Part shown: one piece after another, positions 28,191 to 40,682 of the stretch | How the letters are laid out: every line of letters starts with the position of its first letter | Numbering within the stretch: position 1 is the stretch's first letter | Assembly: GCF_006345805.1 (NCBI RefSeq) | Contig: NC_043000.1 | Coordinates: 73,036,001 to 73,100,000 of the forward strand | DNA from: Octopus sinensis | Taxonomy: Eukaryota | DNA length: 64,000 bases | Reading direction: 5' to 3' | The notes under the pieces: generated by a model | Told to the model about the DNA's origin: nothing | Database searches by the model: none | Seen by the model: the letters and a program-made list of their open reading frames with translations, nothing else | Program-made: the position numbers and the translations under genes

Positions 28191-31100
28191 TGACAGAATA
28201 CTGAAGATTAGTTTAGTGCTCCATCATAGTTTAGCAACTATTATATCGGCCTATGCTCCTCAGCCAGGGCTACCCGATGGACAAAAAGACTGTTTCTATG
28301 ACACCCTACTGCAGACCACCTCATTGACGAACGACGGGGACCTTCTCTTTGTGGCTGGTGACTTCAATGGGCATGTTGGACAACATACAGGGGGCTTCTA
28401 TGGCATTCATGGAGGCTATGGTTATGGTTCTCGCAATGAGGAGGGAACCAGGCTGCTGGAGTTCTGTGATGCGAATAGTCTTATGGTTTGCAACACTAAC
28501 TTCAGGAAACTGACAAGCCACTTGGTCACCTACCATTCAGGCCAGCATACTAGCCAAATCGACTACATCCTTACCAGAAAAAGGGAAAGATGGCTGCTTA
28601 TAAATGCCAAAACCTTCCCAGGCGAAGAATGTACACCACAACATAGACTGGTAGTCAGTGACTTTAGAATGAGGACTAAGAGGACGACTAGAAGACGACC
28701 AACATGGAGAAGAAGGATCTGGAAGCTTAAAGACCCTGCAAATGGACAGAGATTTAGACACATGTTACTTGAAGCCTTCGACGAAATAGAAGGGGGTATA
28801 GCTACACATGGGGTAGAAGATAACTGGGCACTTCTAAGGGACAACCTGCTGAAAGCCACTGACCAGATCTGTGGCTGGTGCAAAGTCCCCTCAAGACCCA
28901 AAATAACGTGGTGGTGGAACAATACTGTTGACAGGGCTATTAGACAAAAGAAACAGGCTTGGAAGGACTGGAAGAACGGTGGTAGCAGGGAAGTGTATCA
29001 GACTGGAAGAAGGGAGGCTAGGAGGCAGGTGTATTTAGCCAGAGGGGAAGCAGATAAGAAAAAATTTGCCTTGAGGTATTTCGTGTTGCAAGACAGTGTG
29101 TGAGAAAGAATCGTGATGTGCTAGGAGAGAAATGTGTTTGCATGGATGATAGTTCACTTGTGCTAAATGAGGATGCAAAGAGAGAGGTTTGGAGACGCCA
29201 CTATGAAAGGTTGCTGAATGAGGAAAATGAATGGGATAAAGAGAGTCTGCCGAATGTCAACCCAACAGAGGGACCAGCCATCCGAGTTGAAAATTCTTTG
29301 ATAGTTAAAGCAATTAGAAGCATGAAAACAGGGAAAGCCCCAGGCCCATCAGGAATTACTGCAGAGATGCTCAAAATATCTGGTAGTGCTGGCTATAGCC
29401 TAGTCACCCGTATAGTTAACCAGGTGATACACGAAGGTGTCATTCCCAATGACTGGTGTAGCAGCATAATAGTCAACTGCTACAAAGGTAAAGGTGATGC
29501 CCTAGATACAAATAACTACAGGGGTATCAAGCTGCTAGATCAGGTAATGAAGGTTACGGAGAGGGTTATAGCCCAACAAATTAGAGAGACAGTTAGTTTA
29601 GATGAGATGCAGTTTGGGTTCGTGCCAGGGAAAAGTACTACTGATGCTATTTTCCTGGTAAGACAGCTGCAGGAGAAATACCTAGCCAAAGACAAGCCCC
29701 ATACCTGGCTTTTGTCGATATGGAGAAAGCTTTCAACAGGGTCCCCCGATCCCTTATCTGGTGGTCAATGAGGAAACTAGGGATAGATGAAGGATTAGTG
29801 AGAGCTGTACAAGCCATGTACAGAGACGCTGCTAGTAAGGTGAGGGTTGGCATCGAGTACAGTGAAGAATTCAGGGTAGAGGTTGGGGTCCACCAAGGTT
29901 CAGTCCTCAGTCCCCTCCTATTTATCATAGTCCTCCAGGCAATAACAGAGGAATTCAAGACAGGATGCCCCTGGGAGCTCCTCTATGCTGATGACCTTGC
30001 TCTAATTGCTGAGTCTCTATCAGAACTGGAGGAGAAGTTTCAGGTGTGGAAGCAAGGTTTAGAATCGAAGGGCCTTAGAATCAACCTAGCCAAGACCAAA
30101 GTCCTAATAAGTAGGAAGGTAGACCAATCACAAACACCTTCAGATAGATGGCCTTGCTCGATCTGTAGAAAAGGCGTAGGTAGAAACTCTATAAGATGCA
30201 CCAGATGTAAGCTATGGACACATAAGAGACGTAGTAATGTCAAAGGAAGACTAACTAGAAAAATAGTTTTTATCTGTGGCAGATGCTCAGGAGCAATAAA
30301 CTCTGAAAATATGCAGAGACCAACTTCTATCACGTTTCAGGGAGAAAAACTAGAAGTAGTTGATAGCTTCCGCTACCTAGGTGACCAAGTCAGTAGCGGG
30401 GGCGGGTGTGCTGAAAGTGTAACTGCTAGAGTAAGAATAGCCTGGGCAAAGTTTAGAGAGCTCTTACCCCTGCTGGTGACAAAAGGCCTCTCACTCAAAG
30501 TAAAAGGCAGACTGTATGATGCATGTGTACGTACAGCCATGCTACATGGTAGTGAAACTTGGGCTGTGACTGCTGAGGATTTGCATAAGCTCGCAAGAAA
30601 TGAAGCTAGTATGCTCCGTTGGATGTGTAATGTCAGTGTTCATAGTCGACAGAGTGTAAGTACCTTGAGAGAAAAGTTGGACCTAAGAAGCATCAGATGT
30701 TGTGTGCAAGAGAGACAATTGCGCTGGTATGGTCATGTGGCGAGAATGGATGAAGATAGGTGTGTGAAAAAGTGCCAAACCCTGGCAGTTGAGGGGACCT
30801 GTGGAAGAGGTAGACCCAGGAAAACCTGGGTCGAGGTGGTGAAGCACGACCTTCGAACTTTAGGTTTCACCAAGGAAATGACCAGAGACCGCGACCTATG
30901 GAAGTATGCTGTGTGCGAGAAGACCCGGCAAGACCAGTGAGAACAATCAAAATCAAACCAAATCAAATCATATATCAGAAAGCAGAACCAAAATTGAGGT
31001 CGATCAACATCAGTGGGAATTGCAGCTGTGGTTAAGCGAACCATCCGTTTGTGTCCGCTCTGTCTGGTGCCCGTGTCGGTAGCACGTAAAAGCACCATCC

Positions 31101-31533
31101 GTCCGTGTCTGTAGCCAGCCTCGCCTGGCCCCCGTGCCGGTGACACGTAAAAGCACCATCCGTTCGTGGCCATTTGCCAGCTCTGTCTGGCACCCATGTC
31201 GGTGGCACGTAAAAGCACCATCTGTTCGTGTCCGTTGCCAGCCTCGCCTGGCCCCCGTGCCAGTGACACGTAAAAGCACCATCCTTTCGTGTCCGTTGCC
31301 AGCCTCGCCTGGCCCCCGTGCCGGTGACATGTAAAAGCACCATCCATTCGTGGCCGTTTGCCAGCTCTGTCTGGCCCCCGTGTCGGTGACACGTAAAAGC
31401 ACCATCCGTTCCTGTCCATTGCCAGCATCGCCTGGCCCCGTGCCGGTGACACGTAAAAGCACCATCCGTTCGTGGCCATTTGCCAGCTCTGTCTGGCACC
31501 TGTGCGGGTGGCACATAAAAAGCACCCACTACA
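28186..31533 (+). mobile_element. RTE LINE truncated at both ends (partial endonuclease, RT, expanded 3' UTR array)
   Basis: ORFs 28030..29103, 29100..29771 and 29720..30940 joined by two frameshifts. Ends at CCCACTACA without the terminal module or tail. Confidence 0.95.
31040..31527 (+). repeat. Tandem array of eight ~61-bp structured units in the RTE 3' UTR
   Basis: GGTRRCACGTAAAAGCACC recurs at about 31078, 31139, 31201, 31262, 31323, 31385, 31445 and 31507; two alternating unit variants. Confidence 0.95.
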
Positions 31534-31811
31534 GAGATAATTTCATTAAAAGCAGATTCAGGTTGTAAACAGACTTCCAAATCTGAATCTGCTTGTAATG
31601 AAATTATCTCCAATACTTCATGAGTGTAGCCTCACCTACTAAGATGTTTGGAGACCTCATATGTATTTTAGCTGATGAGTACGGGACACTTTTATCTGCT
31701 GCAATATTTGCAACTTTTAATAAAGCCTGTCTTTGTATGAAACAATTGTACTAAAAACTAATCCATTCTTGTTGCTTCTTTTCTCGTATATATATATATA
31801 TATATACATAT

Positions 31812-31911
31812 NNNNNNNNNNNNNNNNNNNNNNNNNNNNNNNNNNNNNNNNNNNNNNNNNNNNNNNNNNNNNNNNNNNNNNNNNNNNNNNNNNNNNNNNN
31901 NNNNNNNNNNN
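31812..31911. other. Assembly gap (100 N)
   Basis: Run of n characters. Confidence 1.
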
Positions 31912-34668
31912 TAATTGTATACATAAGACAACATAATATAGTCATATGCAATACATATTGCCCACCAGATGCCCCAAATCACATAGGCAAGTTTGAAGAT
32001 TGTCTCACAAGAATTTAAAAAATCCTCATGAATCTGGAACACCACATGACCATATTTCTTATGGGTGATTTCAACTTCCCCAACGTCAAATGGCCCGAAG
32101 GTCTCATACTCTCAGGAATGAATCATTGCAAGCAAGTACAGGTGGAGTCCCTGCTCAACCTCACCAACGCCTTATTCATGGAGCAAGTTGTACTCAAACC
32201 AACTAGGGCGAATAACATTCTGGATCTCTGCTTCACGAACAATATAGATATTCATGATGTGAAAGTGACACCGACATTAGTTTCGGATCACAACATAATA
32301 GAGCTGTCTATGTTTGGGCCAAAAGTAACCAGAGACATACAGCCTAAAGGAAGCACCCGAAATCTCTCCAATCTGAACTTCCACAAAGCAGATTGGAAAT
32401 CGATCCAAAAGGAGATCCTCAGAGAGGACTGGCTGGAATGTCTCTCCACACCAGGCATTGACATGAAACTAGAATGTTTCATGTCTTCTGTGCAAGCCGT
32501 ATGCCAGAAATATGTCCCAGAGCACAAGGCCAAAACAAATAGGAGCAAGATTCCAAGAGACAGGAAGATCCTCATGAGACGACGGACGAAGGTTGCAAAT
32601 CGTCTCAACCAACATCCCAAAAGTAGCGAAACGTCCCACCTAAAAACAACACTGATGGAGATCGAAAAAAGGCTGCAACAATCCTATGTGAGGGAGAAAG
32701 CAGACAAAGAAGCCCGGGTTATAAAAACCATTAAATCAAACCCAAAGGCCTTCTTTCATTACATGAAAGAAACAGTCTCAGTGCACTACAAGATAGGACC
32801 CCTCCTCCAAAAGGATGGCTCCTTCACAGACAGTTCAACTAAGATCAGTGAGATGCTGGATGACCAGTTCAAAAGTGTCTTTACCATCCCATTGGTACAC
32901 AGACAAGTGAACGAACCAGTGGACTTCTTTGCCGCCTCACCTATAACCAGCGAGGCGCTTACAATAGAATGTATTGACATTAGCGAAGATGTCCTACTAG
33001 CCATAGATGAAGATGACACAAACTCAACTGCTGGTCCAGATGGTTTCCCAGCAATCCTCCTCAAACCTCGTAAACATGCCCTGGCAAAACCCCTCAAGAT
33101 TCTCTTCCAGAGCTTTCTTTCGAATGGCAAACTGCCAAGCAAGCTGAAGGAGGGAATAATATGCCCAATACATAAAGGGGGGGGGGGGGTAGAGCAGATG
33201 CCAAAAACTATAGGCCTATCTCTCTGACTTCACACATCAGCAAAGTCATGGAACGGATAGTCAGAAAGAAACTAATCGCATTCCTTGAGGAAAATAATTT
33301 GCTGAGTGATACCCAGCATGGTTTTCGCCCAGGTTGGAGCTTCCTGACCCAGCTCTTACAACATTATGACTGGGTGTTGAGGCAGTTACTCAACAAATCA
33401 AATGTGGATGTAATATACCTTGATTTTGCAAAAGCTTTTGACAAGGTGGATCATGATTTGCCACAAAGTGCGTGACCTCAGCATAGCTGGAAAACTTGGA
33501 GTGTGTTACATGACTTGCTGAAAGATAGGAGTCAGGCAGTAGTGGTTAATGGAGCCACCTCTATGAACACACAAATAGTGAGCGGTGTTCCACAGGGCAC
33601 TGTCTTGGGACCACTGCTTTTTATAGTGGCCCTCTCAGATATGCCCTCAAATGCCCGGATAGCCACTCTGGCAAGCTATGCAGACGATACGAAAGTCTCG
33701 CAGAAAATACAGAACCCCAGCGATGTTGCATACCTGCAGCAGGAGTTGAACTCAATCTACAGATGGACTGAGGATAATAATATGCAGTTTAATGATGAAA
33801 AATTCCAGTCCCTGTGCTACCAGCATCCAAAACTGAATATTATACTTACAGAGTACACCGGTCCACAGGGAATTTCAATCCCAGAGCCTAAGTCTGTGAG
33901 GGACCTGGGTATCGACATGAGTGATGATACCTCTTTCCAAGTGCACATTACCAGGATGGCGACAAAGTGCAGACGACTGGCTGGATGGATCCTAAGAACA
34001 TTCAGAACCAGAGATAAGGAAACCATGATGGTCCTCTGGCGGACATTCGTCCTCAGCTGCCTGGATTACTGCTCACAGCTATGGTCACACACCAGTGTAA
34101 AATTAACAGCGGACCTTGAAGCAATCCAGAGAACATTCACAAAGAAGATCGTCTCTTTGCAACAGCTCAGCTACTGGGAAAGGTTGAAACAGCTAAGACT
34201 CTACTCCCTGGAGAGAAGACGGGAGAGGTATGCAGTAATATATATCTGGAAGATCCTGGAAAGAATTGTGCCAAATTTTGGCATTGAAAACTGCACCAAT
34301 GCTAGAACGGGATGACACTGCATAGTGCCAAAGATCCCAGCAATGACATCACGCTTCAGGACCAGCTTCTTCAACAGCCTGGGTTTCAAGGGCCCACAGC
34401 TTTTTAATATTCTCCCAAAGAGTCTGAAGAACTTGCATAAAGTAGATGTAGCGGTTTTTAAATCAAAGCTAGACATCTTCCTGTTGAGAGTCCCAGATGA
34501 ACCTACCTCACGGCAAGAGGTGCAAATGAGAGTAGCTATATCAAACTCCATTCTTCACCAAGTGCCACATATTAGAGGAGGTTCTTCGTAATAACAGTGT
34601 AGCACAAAACGGCGGTGCATCAGCATGGCCGCAGCTCTGAGCTGAAACAAGTAGTAAAAAAAAAAAAG
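31912..34668 (+). mobile_element. CR1-like LINE ORF2 (endonuclease plus RT), frameshifted; 5' end lost in the gap
   Basis: MGDFNFP, NILDL, SDHN, GPDG, QHGFRPG, YLDFAKAFDKVDH, SGVPQGTVLGPLLF, YADDTK, LDYCSQLW, LYSLERRR; structured 3' tail plus poly(A). Confidence 0.93.
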
Positions 34669-35137
34669 ACGTATATATATATATATATATATGTATATAC
34701 ACATAAATTTTCATAATTTTACTTATACCTTCTAAATGAATATTTTATTCTTTTATTAACTATAAATTTACCTTAATTATATCTATCTTTCCTCAGTCAT
34801 CTATATTTACTTTATCCCCAATCATATTCTAATCAACCTGTAAACCCTTCATCTGAGCATATAATAATAAAAATCATAAACCATAACATTTAGTCTGCTG
34901 AAATGAATTGATAGGTCCACATACAACATCCAAAGGTACATCTTTTTTTTTTCTCTCTAACGAAATTATACTTATGTCACATAAATGTAAATTTAATATA
35001 GAAATTTGTAATTAAATTATTGAGTATTAATTCAAATGGCTGTAAGAAGCAAACATTACCAATTTCTTAATAATAAATAATTAACCTCCTTATCTCCATT
35101 TTCGTTTCTTCTTTTAAATGGATATAAACTATATATG

Positions 35138-35169
<32 letters not shown>

Positions 35170-35273
35170 TATCGTTATATTTCTGCATGGTCATCTTTTT
35201 CTTGCCAAATAAACACACGCACTATATATTCATTCTTCACTCATTTATTATTGTTTTTATTATGTCACACATT

Positions 35274-35398
35274 TGTAACCTCTTCAGCTACTCTTCCATT
35301 CACATGTATCCTCCTGTCCTGTTTAGTACATTCTCAGAGAATGGATTAAACAGAACAGGAGGATACATGTGAATGGAAGAGTAGCTGAAGAGGTCACA
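35274..35398. repeat. ~62-bp-arm inverted duplication
   Basis: ACCTCTTCAGCTACTCTTCCATTCACATGTATCCTCCTG... is mirrored around 35336 with few mismatches. Confidence 0.95.
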
Positions 35399-35399
35399 G

Positions 35400-35696
35400 A
35401 TAATGTAGATTCCAATTATATTGGAATTTGTTGCATGAAATATTGGGTGGGAGGAGAGTGAAAGAGGAGTTTCAGAAAATTCACACGAGTCAGCTGTGTT
35501 TCCTTTTCGAAAAATGGGTATTTTAAAATGAAAATTTCTACATATGCCTTTCAGAACATGTAAATTACAAAAACATGGGAGTTTGAAGTATATTTTATTC
35601 AGTATATATTTCATTTGATTTACTTCGATATTATCAGAGTATTGGCAATTTTACTGAAATTTTTTAGGGGTGTACATACTTCTGTAAGATACTGTA
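35400..35696 (+). mobile_element. Tc1-like transposon terminal fragment
   Basis: Ends GGGGTGTACATACTTCTGTAAGATACTG-TA, resembling a Tc1-type TIR; partner end not found. Confidence 0.45.
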
Positions 35697-35869
35697 TACA
35701 TGATGTGTATCAGAATGTATGTGTGCGGTCCCAACAATATTTTTTTCATATTAAATTTTGATATAATCATAATCAACACACTCTGGAAGGTATTTGTAGA
35801 AAATTTCATGAAAAAATACACATTTTTCTGATAGTTATGAGGTAACTGTTATAAAGCAGTCTTTTGCCA

Positions 35870-37090
35870 CTGTTGTATCTGTCATTGTATGACAATTGTC
35901 ACTCTATCAGATAGTTATATTCCAAAGTAGTTAATAGGGTGTACAACCCCCACTCATACGGTGTTATTATCCTGTACAACCCCCAGTCATACAGTGTTGT
36001 TATCCTCAAAAGGCCAGATCATTATAACGCCCAATCAGTATCATAGTAGAATTACTATATCAGCACAGACACAACTATCAACACAATCTGCAGATACTCT
36101 GGTACTCTACATACTCTGTCTCAATACTGGCTGACATCACCTTACTTATAGTGACTGGAGTGATCCACTTGAAATGTGGGAGGGGTGTGCCATTATTATT
36201 AATTCCCTACATCTCCCTTTTTAAGTTTTTCTCAGGAAGTGTCATTTTATTTAGCAATAATACTTTTATTCACCCTCACCTCCCTTCTTTGATTTTTTTT
36301 TCCTGAACAATTTAATATTTTTTTCTCTTGGCATCTATTTTCAGGAACTGTATGTTTTCTTTTCCTTTCACTTGTATGCTTGGGTTCAATTACATGCAGT
36401 GGCGTTGGTACTTGGAACATATCATACAACTATTCCACGGGTTCCTCCAACTTCTTTGGTTCACTTTCCACAAATTTCTTTTTCAGCTGGTTCCTGTAGT
36501 TGTACTTTTTTCTTGTCAGACCAATTTTTACATTCTTCTATGAAAATTTCTTTGTATCTTTGAAAGTATGCAGAGAAGATAATCCCTTCTGATTAATAGT
36601 TGATTTCCTCAACTGAATTTGCTATGCTGTCTGGTGAGTAAGAACCTGAAGTATTTTCAGACTTCTTCAACATTAATTCCAGCAACTGTTGGTTTTGTTG
36701 TTGCTGTTGTAGTTGCACCACAGAGGCCAATAAGCCCTCCATGTTAAACAATTTTTCTTTAATTTTGTACCAGAAAGAAAATTTCTAAATGTCTAATGCA
36801 AGCTTTAAACAATTCATTGCCACTTTTATATCCTGGTGTTGGATAAACAATTTAATGAAGCAGGAGGAAAGAAAATAATCACATGATGCACAATAATTAT
36901 TGTTGCATAAGGTTCACCCCTCTCTGCAAAAGACTCACAGTGAACTGCTTACCATCAATTGCTGACGACTCCATTTAATAGAAATGTCTCTGTGCACTTT
37001 TAGTCACACGGTGTGGTGGTCGGAATTCTTCCACAGCAGTTATACAGACAGCCAGTCTTAGTAGCTATACTGACAACACAAAAGTAACAC
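35870..37090 (-). mobile_element. Gypsy-like LTR retrotransposon remnant (gag N-terminus, integrase C-terminus, PPT, LTR)
   Basis: Minus strand: PBS-like AAGTGGCAATGA ~36815, QQQQQNQQLLELMLKK..SPDSIANSVEE..FSAYFQRYKEIF, EPK..NRC remnant, PPT AAAAAGGGAGA then TGT at ~36210. Confidence 0.6.
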
Positions 37091-37099
37091 AAGTACTCA

Positions 37100-37545
37100 A
37101 GAATCTTCTCAATGCTAATATTCTATAGAAAGGTCTAGATGTCATGTAAATGGGCTGAAGAAAACAACTTGCAATTTAATGCAGGCAAACTCCAAGCCCT
37201 CCATTATGAACTAACAAAGATACGTTGGACCAAAAGGGTCAGCAATCCCAAAGTCAAATACAGTGCAACAATGATATGAGCAATGGTGCTTCATTTCAAG
37301 TATATATCACCAAAATGGTGGGAATGTGCAGGCAAATGACCAGGTGGATTCTGAGAACTTTCAGAATAAGGAAGCAGGAAATTATTCTGAAGCTTCAGGC
37401 ACATCATAAATATCTAAAATTAGGAATAATTATTTTATTATAGAAAGAATTAGTTGAAAACCATAGAATTCTTATCCTTCAAAATAAAGAAGCAGGAAAT
37501 TATTCTGATCCTATGGAGGTCATTCGTCCTCAGCTGTCTGAACTG
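37100..37545 (+). mobile_element. CR1-like LINE RT fragment
   Basis: WAEENNLQFNAGK, SFQVYITKMVGMCRQMTRWILRTFR, LWRSFVLSCL are homologous to 33760-34070. Confidence 0.8.
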
Positions 37546-37579
37546 CATTTTATATCAGTCTGTCTGTGTACATATGTGT

Positions 37580-37960
37580 GTGTGTGTGTGTGTTTTAACA
37601 TAACAGTCTCCATTTTGTTTGCTCAAAGATGTTGTGAGCTACACTGACTGCTAAGAGATTACTCTTCAGCTTGTCCTTATATCTGAACCATGGTCAGCCA
37701 ACATTCCTGTGCCCACTATCAAGTGAGGTGTGCATAGGGACTTTGGGTATTCTTTTGTCACTCATTCTGATGACATGGCCAGCCCAGCATAATTGTGACT
37801 GTGTAAGAAAGCTCTCGACTCCACCAATTTTACACTTGCTAAATAGGTCAACATTAGAAACTGCCTTTCAGTGAATAACTGCAGATAGTCCTGAGACAGT
37901 TTTTATGAAAGATGTCTCATTGGTTAATGTCCCACCTTCACCATACAGCCTTTGGGGTGC
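37580..37960 (-). mobile_element. Old RTE-like LINE C-terminal fragment
   Basis: Minus strand gives QLCWAGHVIRMSDKRIPK..H..G, typical of an RTE C-terminus. Confidence 0.6.
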
Positions 37961-38253
37961 AAAGCAAAAGGAGAAAAGTGGCTACAAATATACCACATGC
38001 ACTGACCCATAATCCTCATAATTACAACATCTGCAAGCTTCTTTGTAAATTGTTGATGGGGCTGAAATGTCACATTCAACATAAGTATCATGACTAACAA
38101 AGAAAGTGTATGTTACATTGAACCCAATGGGAGATTTTATAATGCACACACATATTTATTCAATAACAAATTAAAAGCAGCATTAGTGGTGTAAACATTA
38201 CTGATAGCATATAATCAATGAATGTTCTGTTTGTTTGCTGGATTTGCTACAAT

Positions 38254-38490
38254 ATAGTGCTTGGGGATGACCCTTATTAACACTGGGTGCTAAAATACCT
38301 GAAATTTATATACAGGCAAAACATCTCACCTTGGAATGAATTCAGGAGTGAGGGATGCTGATATTTTGCTGTTTTTGTGGCTATCAATATCACATACCTG
38401 AATTGATCCGAGGTTGGTTGTCTCGCCTGTATATGACTTTAAGGTGTTTCAACACCCAGTGTTATGAAGGAGTTGTTCCCTAAGTGCTAT
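38254..38490. mobile_element. Degenerate hairpin MITE / long imperfect inverted repeat
   Basis: Nested pairs TAACACTGGGTG/CACCCAGTGTTA, ATATACAGGC/GCCTGTATAT, AATTCAGG/CCTGAATT, GATATT/AATATC. Confidence 0.7.
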
Positions 38491-38606
38491 CTCATAGCAA
38501 GTGCAGTGAACACACAAAGCACATACATTCAATATGCGTGATCTATAATGTCTACATACCTATCAATCTATCTATACACACATATAAAATGGGGTTCTTT
38601 CAGATA

Positions 38607-39212
38607 CAAAAGGGTGGGCAAAAGTAGGAATATAGTTGCTTAATATGGGTGGAATGTTCTTTTCACTTCTCTATTTGTTTTTTAGAATAAAAATAGTATG
38701 ATTCTAAGTGATTCATAAGTTGACTAAGAGATCTGTGAAAAATGTCTAGTTTATTGGAAGCCCTCTTTTTTTATTATATTTCTAGGACTTTAAATGAATA
38801 CTTGAGCCACAGGCATTTCATTTTCTTCAGTGGTAACTCTAACTAGTCAACCACTTTACTGTGCATTGCAGATGGACCCAGTCTGCTCAGATTTGTCATG
38901 TATTTTGTAAAATGCTAATCTTGATGGAGATTGTCTTTGAAATTCTTCAATCCATTTCTGCATTCTCTGTTTTCCAGGACTGCTTGATGATCCGCTTTCA
39001 TCATATTCATCATTGGTGATCACTGATGATCACATTCATCATTGGTCAAATTTCCAGGCACATCATAAATATCTAAAATTAGGAATAATTATTTTATTAT
39101 AGAAAGAATTAGTTAAAAACCATTGAATTCTTATCCTAAAAAAGAAACAGAGTAATGGATACAACATTTTACTCATGCTAAGCAGTTGTATACCTACTTT
39201 TTCTCACCCCTG
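38607..39212 (-). mobile_element. Internally deleted Tc1/mariner element
   Basis: Imperfect ~30-bp TIRs (GGGTGGGCAAAAGTAGG / CCTACTTTTTCTCACCCCTG) with TA flanks; minus-strand N-terminal remnant FQRQSPSRL..KIHDKSEQTGSI..SG..VTTEEN..SP. Confidence 0.75.
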
Positions 39213-39459
39213 TATATATGTGTGCATGTATATATGTTTCTTTGTTTGTAAGTTTGTGTCTCCACATCTGGACATTGGGTGATTGCTGAAAATGAATGTC
39301 ATTCATTTGCTATATCGTGCTGAACATATTTAGGTTGTAAGAAAGGGTTGGCGATAGGAATGATATCTGGTCATAGAAAATCTGCCTTAATAAACTTAGT
39401 CTAACCCATGCAAGCATAGAAAAGTGGACGTGTGGACTTCAAAAATGAGGCTAAGTTGC

Positions 39460-39524
<65 letters not shown>

Positions 39525-39656
39525 TACAAATTACTGCATATTAACCCGGAGTTTCTACCTTTGAATAGGTCGCTACATCCTTGTTACTTGCATGAATTTT
39601 GCTACCCTGGTTTATTGAATTTTCCATGTTAACGGTAAACAAAAGATAATTCATTC

Positions 39657-39696
<40 letters not shown>

Positions 39697-39705
39697 TATA
39701 TATAT

Positions 39706-39799
39706 AAAGAATATGTCCCAGGGTCGATTTGCTTGACTAAAGGCGGTGCTCCAGCATGGCCGCAGTCAAATGACTGAAACAAGTAAAAGAGTAAAGGAG

Positions 39800-39831
<32 letters not shown>

Positions 39832-39980
39832 TGTATGGTAAGAAGCTTGCTTCCCAATCACATGGTTCCTGGTTCAGTTCCACTGCATGGCACCTTGGGC
39901 AAGTGTCTTCTACTATAGCCCTGGGCCAACCAATGCGTTGTGAGTGGATCTGGCAGATGGAAACTAAAAGAAGCCCGTCA
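39706..39980 (+). mobile_element. Two SINE fragments: 3' tail, then tRNA-like head
   Basis: GGCGGTGCTCCAGCATGGCCGCAGTCAAATGACTGAAACAAGTAAAAGA, (TA)n, then TGGTAAGAAGCTTGC..GGTTCAGTTCC. Confidence 0.85.
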
Positions 39981-40193
39981 TATATATATATATATATATA
40001 TATATAACTACAAAATTAGAAAATGGAGAAACATACTTAAATCAATAAAACATCAACTATCAGATGATACCCAAACATTACTTTATTACACCATTACATA
40101 TCAGTAAAGGCATTATACAAAATATACAGTAAATGTAAATAGACAAAGAGATATAAGTATAAAATTTCAAATATAATATGTAATTAAATCATA

Positions 40194-40303
40194 TCTGACA
40201 GCTGTTTCGGCAGCGAGGGCAGTCATACCTCATTTAACCTATAAGCCATAAAGGTAGGTATAAATGAGGCATTAACAAGGATGCCCCACGGCCTCTTCAG
40301 AGA
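40194..40303 (-). ncRNA. Type I hammerhead ribozyme with long stem II
   Basis: Exact reverse complement of 44603-44712. Confidence 0.85.
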
Positions 40304-40639
40304 ATTAAATTTGTTATAATTGTGAAAAAGATTATTTTTCCATATACATATAAATATAAAAATATAAAAATGTAAAATATAAAAACTTATGCATAAACTT
40401 CATAATGCTACACTTATATAATATAATACTCATTGGTACAATAATGCAAGGTAAACAAAACAAAATAAAACAAAATATATATCAGTGTATATATTAATAT
40501 TAATAAGCACAGTTATTATACATATTTGGCTAATAGTTTTAAAAAACTAACACATAGGGAGATGAAAAATAATAATTAAAACCATGGTTCAGTTCATAAA
40601 ATTATAAAGCTATAAAAGTCAATAAAAATTACTATTAAT

Positions 40640-40682
<43 letters not shown>

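Noticed and set aside
31070-31100. Pistol or twister ribozyme in the array unit
   Set aside because: Only the first stem and A-rich linker resemble pistol; the catalytic core elements are absent.
31040-31527. CRISPR-like repeat-spacer array
   Set aside because: The apparent spacers are homologous to each other (two variants), the array lies in a LINE 3' UTR, and there are no cas genes.
30733-31613. Long minus-strand ORFs (171-248 aa)
   Set aside because: Open only because of the GC-rich tandem repeat; the translations are repetitive.
31610-31790. Possible minus-strand host exon (AG...GTGAGG)
   Set aside because: No recognisable protein and no partner exons; next to a gap.
39706-39980. Circularly permuted SINE (tail before head)
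   Set aside because: More simply explained by two truncated copies or recombination at (TA)n.
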